19,709 bases of DNA from Microcoleaceae cyanobacterium (lineage in GTDB: Bacteria; Cyanobacteriota; Cyanobacteriia; Cyanobacteriales; Microcoleaceae): assembly GCA_051652765.1 (NCBI GenBank), contig JBOFUV010000073.1, positions 1 to 19,709 of the forward strand. Reading direction: 5' to 3'. Both the position numbers and the translations under genes were made by a program. Shown here piece by piece: positions 1-6,093 of this stretch; positions within the stretch are counted from its first letter, which is position 1, and every line of letters begins with the position of its first letter. The notes beneath the pieces are model-generated. The model saw only the letters and a program-made list of their open reading frames with translations. It was not told the origin of the DNA and ran no database searches.

Positions 1-227
1 CCCTGATATTTCAAATCCTGAGGTTCAGAGCCAATAATTGCTCCAGAAAAGATTTGATTTCGGGCTCCAATTTCTGTCCACCCTTCAATCACTGTATGGG
101 CCCCAATGGTTGTCCCAGGCCCAACTTTGACATGTTCCCCAATCACCGCATAAGCTCCTACCTGGACAGTCGGATGCAGTTCAGCACCAGGATGGATTAC
201 AGCCGTCGGATGAATTAGGGGAGTCAT
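1..227 (-). CDS. lpxA: UDP-N-acetylglucosamine acyltransferase LpxA, 5' part only (runs off the window)
   Basis: Manual translation from ATG at 227: MTPLIHPTAVIHPGAELHPTVQVGAYAVIGEHVKVGPGTTIGAHTVIEGWTEIGARNQIFSGAIIGSEPQDLKYQ. It has hexapeptide repeats and the PQDLKY motif, and lies directly downstream of fabZ. An alternative in-frame GTG is at 254. Confidence 0.93.
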   Translation of the reverse strand, partial: MTPLIHPTAVIHPGAELHPTVQVGAYAVIGEHVKVGPGTTIGAHTVIEGWTEIGARNQIFSGAIIGSEPQDLKYQ

Positions 228-345
228 GACAGTTCGAGATGCTAAATCCTTCACGCGCTTCAGGATGCTTTAGGTTTTGAATTTTCGATTATAAGCATAG
301 GGTGTTCTGGACAATCTTGCTTAAATTTTGGTCAATCCTCAGGGA

Positions 346-390
346 TTAAACTTAATCCTTTAAACTTGACTCTTTAAACTTGACCCTTTA
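346..390. repeat. 14-bp tandem repeat x3 (TTAAACTTRAYYCT)
   Basis: ttaaacttaatcct / ttaaacttgactct / ttaaacttgaccct between fabZ and lpxA. Confidence 0.85.
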
Positions 391-407
391 GTTTTGTGTC
401 CTTGTCG

Positions 408-917
408 TTATGCATCGAGCAGAGAAAACATCAGTTCTCCTTCGCAAACCCGCTGGCCATCAACTTCAGCCCTTGCGTGCATTTTGCCAAAACGACGACG
501 CTTAACGGACAGAAGTTCCACGGTCATGATTAACTGATCTCCGGGAATCACAGGACGACGAAAGCGAACTTTGTCAATGCCAGCAAAGACAAAGAGATTG
601 CCGTCCATCTCTGGGAGTTGGGTCAAAACAACACCACCTACCTGGGCCATTGCTTCTACAATTAGTACACCCGGCATTAGGGGTCTACCTGGAAAGTGAC
701 CTTGAAAGTGAGGCTCATTAATGGTGACATTTTTGAGTCCCACGGCCCGTTCGCCAGGAACATATTCAATGATCCGATCAACTAGAGCAAAAGGATAGCG
801 ATGGGGCAAGAGCTTCTGAATGACTTCGACCGTGAGTGCCGATTGAGTCGAAGTCTGGATAGCACCGTTGGGAGTCGTAGTTGAACTTGTTAAATCTGAT
901 TTCACGTCAACAGACAT
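408..917 (-). CDS. fabZ: 3-hydroxyacyl-ACP dehydratase FabZ
   Basis: Motifs [39 protein letters not shown] and [11 protein letters not shown]; adjacent to lpxA. Confidence 0.97.
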   Translation of the reverse strand: MSVDVKSDLTSSTTTPNGAIQTSTQSALTVEVIQKLLPHRYPFALVDRIIEYVPGERAVGLKNVTINEPHFQGHFPGRPLMPGVLIVEAMAQVGGVVLTQLPEMDGNLFVFAGIDKVRFRRPVIPGDQLIMTVELLSVKRRRFGKMHARAEVDGQRVCEGELMFSLLDA

Positions 918-1138
918 TAAAATAAGGGCCTAGACTACTGATCTGTCACCAATTCTAACCAATCCAAAGATCCTGGCAGTTAACCTTCTCAGGTCAGGTT
1001 GGGGGGATTGAAGCAACTCCGTTAGCTTGCTCTCAATGACCACAACGAGTAAAACACGAATTCTGAAGTATGTAATATACTTCTATTGTGTGTAATGTAT
1101 CACGACTAGAACCTATTACGGTAAGAGGGGCCTGTGCG

Positions 1139-1471
1139 ATGGATTACAGTAAGCGAAAGCTTCTCTCTACGCTCTGTCACGGGGCAATTTTTCTCAGTGC
1201 TACCCTGGTATCTGTTGGGATTCCGATTGCAGTGATGTTCCTAACGGATGATTCTGTTGTCAAGGCCAACGCCAAAGAGTCCCTAAATTTTCATATTAGT
1301 CTCTATATCCTTGGCTTGGTGTTTGGTTTTTTGGCCTTCTTTTTAGTTGGGATTCCGTTGCTGATTGTCCTGTGGGCAGCGAGTCTTGTCTTCCCGATTA
1401 TGGCTATCGTTTCAGTTTTGACTGATTCGGATAAGCCCTATCGCTATCCATTCATTTTCCGAATTGTTTAG
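1139..1471 (+). CDS. DUF4870/Tic20-like small membrane protein
   Basis: MDYSKRKLLSTLCH...VVKANAKESLNFHIS...PYRYPFIFRIV has three hydrophobic segments and the AKESLNF and YRYP motifs of this family. The ATG at 1139 follows AAGAGGGG and is preferred to the GTG at 1088. Confidence 0.8.
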   Translation: MDYSKRKLLSTLCHGAIFLSATLVSVGIPIAVMFLTDDSVVKANAKESLNFHISLYILGLVFGFLAFFLVGIPLLIVLWAASLVFPIMAIVSVLTDSDKPYRYPFIFRIV

Positions 1472-1694
1472 TATTATTACTTTGAGGTTTACTAGAGAAG
1501 TTTACTAGAAACAAAAACTCTTTCAATCCTTCCAGAATAAGAGTTTGGCAATATCCCTGCTGTCTATGTAGCCATTGGTGTCTTTAAGTCTCAAGTGCTG
1601 TCTGCGTCTGGCGAGTTTGGTTGTTAGGCCACAAGTCCTCGGTAGAGGCAGTAGCGAGAAGTCATCTGTCAGCCTATGGAGCAGTCAATAAGCT

Positions 1695-2273
1695 ATGCCA
1701 AGAAAAGATAGCCTGAGCACAATACCAAAGGATCTTCCCGTACCGATTGATGATGGTGCGTGTGACCATCTTCTAGGAATGAACATCCCCACAGTTCCGC
1801 TGCTCTCAACGGCAGGGGAAATTGTAGACTTGACTCACTCTATTGGTAGAACGGTTGTTTATTGCTACCCACGGATGGGACAACCAGATCAAGACCTTCC
1901 TCAAGGTTGGAATGAAATTCCAGGTGCAAGAGGTTGCACACCACAATCTTGTGCGTTCAAAGATCATTATCAAGAGCTACAGGCTTTTAGAGTGGACGTG
2001 TTTGGTCTGAGTACACAAGCTACTGACTATCAACGTGAGGCAGTTGAAAGGTTACATTTGCCGTTTGAGTTATTAAGTGATGAAAAACTGGAATTTGCCC
2101 ACTCCTTGCGATTGCCCACCTTTGAGATAGAGTCAATACAGTTGATTAAGCGGTTGACGTTTGTGATCAGTAATGGGCAGATTGAGAAGGTGTTTTATCC
2201 AGTCTTTCCACCTGATAAAAATGCGGAGGAAGTTATCAATTGGCTATCCCAGAATCCCTCCAACACACATTAG
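1695..2273 (+). CDS. Peroxiredoxin (AhpC/TSA, BCP/PrxQ-like) with an N-terminal LPxDLPVPxDDGACDHL extension
   Basis: YCYP...PGARGCTPQSCAF carries the peroxidatic CxxxxC motif. Also VFGLSTQ, LPFELLSD, KRLTFVI and FYPVFPP. Confidence 0.9.
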   Translation: MPRKDSLSTIPKDLPVPIDDGACDHLLGMNIPTVPLLSTAGEIVDLTHSIGRTVVYCYPRMGQPDQDLPQGWNEIPGARGCTPQSCAFKDHYQELQAFRVDVFGLSTQATDYQREAVERLHLPFELLSDEKLEFAHSLRLPTFEIESIQLIKRLTFVISNGQIEKVFYPVFPPDKNAEEVINWLSQNPSNTH

Positions 2274-2480
2274 TGTACGTTATTGAAGTGGCATCAGAAC
2301 TCACAAGCATCATGTCTTCCAAGTGTGCCTGTGCAGTCAACATTCTGTCAAACGGATCTCGGTGATGCAAGGGCAATGCAGCCGCTCGTAAAGCATGAGT
2401 GGGTATGATTAACGATCTCACACCCAACTGACCCATACGGCCAGAAATGTAGCTATCTGGCAGTTCTGGCAATGGTAACT
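2274..2480 (-). pseudogene. vapC: C-terminal remnant of a VapC/PIN-domain type II toxin
   Basis: LPLPELPDSYISGRMGQLGVRSLIIPTHALRAAALPLHHRDPFDRMLTAQAHLEDMMLVSSD contains the LPLHHRDPFDRML.AQA motif. The N-terminal LLLDTH and S.WE motifs are missing and no antitoxin is present. Confidence 0.8.
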
Positions 2481-2654
2481 GACGAGACCTTTGAATCTAA
2501 CCTTGCCCCTGGTATTCCAATAAAAGTGATATTTATCTTTGAAATTCCACAAGAAGTTACTGAATTAGTGGCTCTTGACGTTGGATATTGGCAGACCAAT
2601 AGAGGTACTAAAAGAGTCGCTATTCCGAAAATCGGTACAATAACCACCCAATAG
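2478..2654 (+). pseudogene. Probable 3' remnant of an unidentified beta-strand-rich (Ig-like/DUF4352-like) protein
   Basis: TDETFESNLAPGIPIKVIFIFEIPQEVTELVALDVGYW...TKRVAIPKIG is protein-like (L.PG....V.FE.P pattern) and ends in TAG TAG. Its ATG lies inside the antisense vapC remnant, so the true 5' end seems lost. Confidence 0.4.
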
Positions 2655-2779
2655 TAGTTCCAGCTTCATTCGCAAACAGCCTGAGATTCATCAAGTGGCC
2701 CAGGAACAGAAGATCATCGTGGGAATAAATTACTGGTCTGTGCCTGCCGCTGCCTTTACAGGTGAACCCCAACAAATGT

Positions 2780-3439
2780 CTACTTAAGTTTTGGTATCAA
2801 CAATTGAGGCATTGGGCAACTAGGGTGGAGTTGCCACCCTTCGGTTGAAATATCTAAATTTTTAATCAAACCGGATTTCAACTCAAGCACCCAACCATGA
2901 ATGTGGGGAGCACGGTTCTCTCGCAAAGCACTACGGATCACTGAAGTTTGGTAGAGATTCTTGACTTGAGCGGCAACATTTAACTCAGCCAAGTAATTCA
3001 GTTTGGCTTCACGACTAGGCAGGATGTCAATTTCCTCTCGCTTTTGCAAGTACAGCTCTCGAATTGGGTTAACCCAGCTATCCACCAGTCCTGTTGTGTT
3101 TCCTTCCAGGGCTGCCAGAATTCCGCCACAAGCGTAATGTCCACAAACAATGATGTGCTGAACATTCAGATGGTCGATCGCATATTCCAGTACTGACAAA
3201 AAGTTAATATCTGTCAGGCAGACTTGGTTGGCAATATTACGGTGGACAAAAACCTCACCCGGTTCGATCTGCATAAACCTGGTCAGAGGCAGGCGGCTGT
3301 CTGAACAGCCAATGTAGAGATACGGCGGTGTTTGTCCAGCCGATAGGGTCTTGAAGTAATTGGGATCAATCTGCTGCTGCTGAGCCGCCCACAGTCGATT
3401 ATTTTGCAATATTTCCTCAAGATTATGGTAAGCCATCAT
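2780..3439 (-). CDS. can: Beta-class carbonic anhydrase (Can/YadF-like)
   Basis: Zn-ligand motifs YIGCSDSR and IIVCGHYACGG, plus GEVFVHRNIAN, LEYA, ELNV..QV.NL and HGWV. The start may be 3436. Confidence 0.95.
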   Translation of the reverse strand: MMAYHNLEEILQNNRLWAAQQQQIDPNYFKTLSAGQTPPYLYIGCSDSRLPLTRFMQIEPGEVFVHRNIANQVCLTDINFLSVLEYAIDHLNVQHIIVCGHYACGGILAALEGNTTGLVDSWVNPIRELYLQKREEIDILPSREAKLNYLAELNVAAQVKNLYQTSVIRSALRENRAPHIHGWVLELKSGLIKNLDISTEGWQLHPSCPMPQLLIPKLK

Positions 3440-3513
3440 GGTGTTTGATTAGAGATTGGGGAGATGGCAGGTCTGACTGATGTCGCCATCGCAGTTTGAA
3501 TCAACAAAGGTGA

Positions 3514-4947
3514 CTATACCTGTTTGACTAGATCAAAATCGATTGCTGGACGATCTTTAGCAAGTTGGTATTCTCCAGCAGAAACTGTGGGCGACTCCTC
3601 TCCGGGGACACTACGTGAACGCTGGGTTTTGATCAGCGATACCTGAGTGGTGAGTAAAAAACTGGTAAAACTCGCGATCACAATCACGGGTACCATTGAA
3701 GTGTCAGCAATCACGCTGAGGATGACGGTAGTGCTGATGGGGGTTTTAGTAATGGCCACATTTACCGCTGCCATCAAACACACCATGGCGATCGTTGGAT
3801 GAATTTGCGGAAAGCCCAGAGAAATTGCCAATCCTATAGCTGAGCCAATGTAAAACAGCGGAAAGATGAAGCCTCCCCGAAAACCAGAATGAAGCGTACA
3901 GCTAATCGCCAGCATTTTTGCCAATCCAATCATCAGCAACAAAGCAATCCCGTAGGTTGTACCCTGTTCAATAATCGTGTCAATTTGCTTTTCGCCAAAA
4001 AACAACGTTTGCGGAAATACTAACGCAATTAGTCCAATCGATAATCCGCCCAACGTCGCCAGCAAAATTGTTTGGTGATGCAATGGCTCAGTCAGGTAGC
4101 CCACCACGCGAAAGATCAGCACAAACAGTAGTGCTACAGCCGCCCCTATAGCCCCTAAAATTGCTCCTTCCAGGAGATTTATCAGCGTCATGGGTGGAAT
4201 CGACTCAAAGTGATACATCCCACCGATTAACAGCCCCGTGCTAAACCGAAACACCGTAAAGCTCATAATTGCAGACAGCACTGCTGGAATAATTGCTTCG
4301 TAATATTCCAAGCCCCGCCGATGGGGAATTTCTAGGGCAAACAGCGCTCCCCCTAACGGTGCCCCAAAAAAGGCTCCCAGTGCCGAACTCATGCCGCAAA
4401 ACGTAAGAATACGAACGGTAGGCAGCGACAAACTCATCGTTGTGCCAATCCATCCGCCAATACTGCCATTTACCTGCACTAGGGGTGCTTCTGGCCCAGC
4501 ACTACCACCTGCAACAATCGAAAACAGCGATGCTACGATCATGGCTGGAGTTTGCTTCATGTCGATGCGTCCGGGGTCATGCACCTGATCGACCACAAAG
4601 GCCACTTCTCCGGGCAAGCCCATGAGGTAAAGCGACAGCCCCACCAACAAACCGCCAATCGAGGCAGCAATCCAGACATAGTTTTTAACTAAAAATTCAC
4701 CTGGAAATTGAGCTTGCAATAGCTCTGGCACCTGATGCCAAACTAGATGCATAGAGTTCTCTAACAGGTAGTAGTAGGCGGTGGCAACCAGCCCGCCCGC
4801 AATTCCAATCACGGCTGCCCAGAAAACAATCTGGGCATAGGTCAGGTCATGCACCACTGGATTGCTTCCACTTTGAGTTTGAGTTTGAGTTTGAATTTGC
4901 TCATCGGTATCCATTACCGTCAATGGATCATTTGAGGTCAACGACAT
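3514..4947 (-). CDS. ClC-family anion channel/transporter, 477 aa, no CBS domains
   Basis: GGSAGPEAP (gating Glu), ALGAFFGAPLGGALFALE and SGFRGGFIFPLF motifs. The true start is taken as ATG 4947 with AGGAG just upstream. The extra 79 aa in the ORF track (4948-5184) are read-through from an nrtP remnant. Confidence 0.9.
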   Translation of the reverse strand: MSLTSNDPLTVMDTDEQIQTQTQTQSGSNPVVHDLTYAQIVFWAAVIGIAGGLVATAYYYLLENSMHLVWHQVPELLQAQFPGEFLVKNYVWIAASIGGLLVGLSLYLMGLPGEVAFVVDQVHDPGRIDMKQTPAMIVASLFSIVAGGSAGPEAPLVQVNGSIGGWIGTTMSLSLPTVRILTFCGMSSALGAFFGAPLGGALFALEIPHRRGLEYYEAIIPAVLSAIMSFTVFRFSTGLLIGGMYHFESIPPMTLINLLEGAILGAIGAAVALLFVLIFRVVGYLTEPLHHQTILLATLGGLSIGLIALVFPQTLFFGEKQIDTIIEQGTTYGIALLLMIGLAKMLAISCTLHSGFRGGFIFPLFYIGSAIGLAISLGFPQIHPTIAMVCLMAAVNVAITKTPISTTVILSVIADTSMVPVIVIASFTSFLLTTQVSLIKTQRSRSVPGEESPTVSAGEYQLAKDRPAIDFDLVKQV

Positions 4948-4979
4948 AGGGACGCTCCTGAAAAGACATAGATTTTGAA

Positions 4980-5184
4980 CAAGGTATCCTTCTAGCAGCA
5001 AAGTCAATGTCCATTTACAACCGATGAAATCCGATAAAAAGCCCCCTATCGGGCGGGTCACCAGATTTATGATGTCGTCAGCCGCCACCGCAAATCCTGC
5101 GATCACTGGAGTTACACCAAAGTTTTTCTCAAAAAACATCGGCAGCATCGACACAACGAATAGGGCAGAACCAATAGCGATCAC
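4980..5184 (-). pseudogene. nrtP: NrtP/NarK nitrate-nitrite MFS transporter remnant, middle part (about TM7-9)
   Basis: IGSALFVVSMLPMFFEKNFGVTPVIAGFAVAADDIINLVTRPIGGFLSDFIGCKWTLTLLLEGYL matches the NrtP pattern FGSELAVVSMLP.FF..TF.L....AG......NL..RP.GG.ISD..G.RKWT. Confidence 0.8.
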
Positions 5185-5224
5185 CTAGCACTGCTGATGT
5201 CTGGGTTTTGACCAGTTCTGCTGG

Positions 5225-5490
5225 GAAAAAATCGGTTGTTTTTTTCTCAACAGAAGGCATCTATAAAACTGACCATGAGCGCCACCGCACCTAGCATGTT
5301 GAAGAAGCTACAATCGTTTATTACCCTCTCAGTCAAAAGGCTGCAAATTGTTCAATAAACAACCTTGCCCCCATTGCCATGAGCACTCATGCTCCCAACA
5401 GTTCGCCCCGTAACGCGACTCTTGATCAAGGGTGCAACTGCAAAGTAGATCTTTTAGCGACCATCACAAAGGAAGATGCTGCCAGCGGTT
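5225..5490 (-). pseudogene. nrtP: NrtP/NarK remnant, C-terminal part (about TM10-12), with one frameshift and two stops
   Basis: Manual translation: LAASSFVMVAKRST [frameshift near 5444] FAVAPLIKSRVTGRTVGSMSAHGNGGKVVY*TICSLLTERVINDCSFFNMLGAVALMVSFIDAFC*EKN. This compares with the NrtP pattern EGATFAIVPLIK.RVTGQIAGNVGAYGNVG.V.YLTI.SLL...FF..LG..AL.V..L..FFL.EP. Stops are at 5352-5354 and 5247-5249. Confidence 0.8.
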
Positions 5491-5645
5491 GCCGTCGCGA
5501 TTTATCCAAACTTGCTCGATATGAAAAAACTAAATCAGAGCTAATCCTTTCAGATCCGTTCAAGTTAAATTTCAACGGTGATGGAAGTTGTATGAAGTTC
5601 CTATCAATCGAACTGATTCAAAACCATGGGCACTGCTTTTATTCA

Positions 5646-5687
5646 AAGTTACTGGCAGTCTTTCCTCGAGTTTGTCCGTTAAGTTAC
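5646..5687 (-). promoter_or_regulatory. Putative NtcA-type class II promoter (GTA-N8-GAC, N22, TAACTT)
   Basis: Minus strand tttGTAacttaacgGACaaa (core 5687-5674) is one mismatch from GTAN8TAC. Exactly 22 nt further on is TAACTT (TAN3T, 5651-5646). It faces the nrtP remnants, ClC and CA. Confidence 0.5.
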
Positions 5688-5788
5688 AAAATCCAGGTAG
5701 GAACGAACCCGGTACTTTGCGGTTGAGATGTTAACCGGGTTTGATACAGAAGCCACCTTCTCACTTCCTGAGTAAAGTACTACATTTA

Positions 5789-5815
5789 GAATAGGGTTCT
5801 AAAATAGGGTTCTAA
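5789..5815. repeat. 13-bp tandem repeat x2 (RAATAGGGTTCTA)
   Basis: gaatagggttcta aaatagggttcta upstream of the kinase stub. Confidence 0.8.
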
Positions 5816-5847
5816 ATAAGAATCAGAACGGTAAAGATTGGGAGAAT

Positions 5848-6093
5848 ATGGTTCGCATTCACATTGCAGTTCCAAGCTATTCATTGACTGAGAAGGGTTA
5901 TAAAGGAACTCGCACGTTGGGTTATCAGGGCGTTGCTCAGGGGACTGGCCAGTTCGTCATTATTAAACTCCTGAAACGCTGGTTTCCTGGCCTGCAAGAA
6001 CTGGTGCAATTTTGCAATCAATACACCATTGCCCAAGCTTTAGAATTTCCTGGAATCGTCCGTCCTTTAGACCTAATCAATTATGGGAGTTGA
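5848..6093 (+). pseudogene. N-terminal stub (subdomains I-IV) of a cyanobacterial Ser/Thr kinase-AAA-GAF-histidine kinase (HstK type)
   Basis: AVPSYSLTEKGYKGTRTLGYQGVAQGTGQFVIIKLLKRWFPGLQELVQFCNQYTIAQALEFPGIVRPLDLINYG matches the family pattern PGY.I.E.IY.G.RT.VYRG......PV.IKLL..EYP...EL..FRNQY.IA.NL..PGIV.P..LE.Y. GGAGA RBS present. It stops before HRD/DFG. Confidence 0.85.

Noticed and set aside
1068..1080. NtcA box GTA...TAC upstream of the DUF4870-like gene
   Set aside because: The spacer is 7 nt, not 8.
3514..4947. Fluoride exporter CLC-F or an upstream fluoride riboswitch
   Set aside because: The protein lacks the GNNLI/GREGT motifs, and no crcB-type riboswitch was recognised upstream.
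3514..5184. 556-aa MFS-ClC fusion protein as given in the ORF track
   Set aside because: The first 79 aa are a degraded nrtP fragment plus spacer (acidic residues inside a TM helix, internal deletion). A good RBS and ATG at 4947 mark the real ClC start.
5379..5726. 115-aa plus-strand ORF
   Set aside because: No recognisable motifs; it is antisense to the nrtP remnant and crosses the promoter region.
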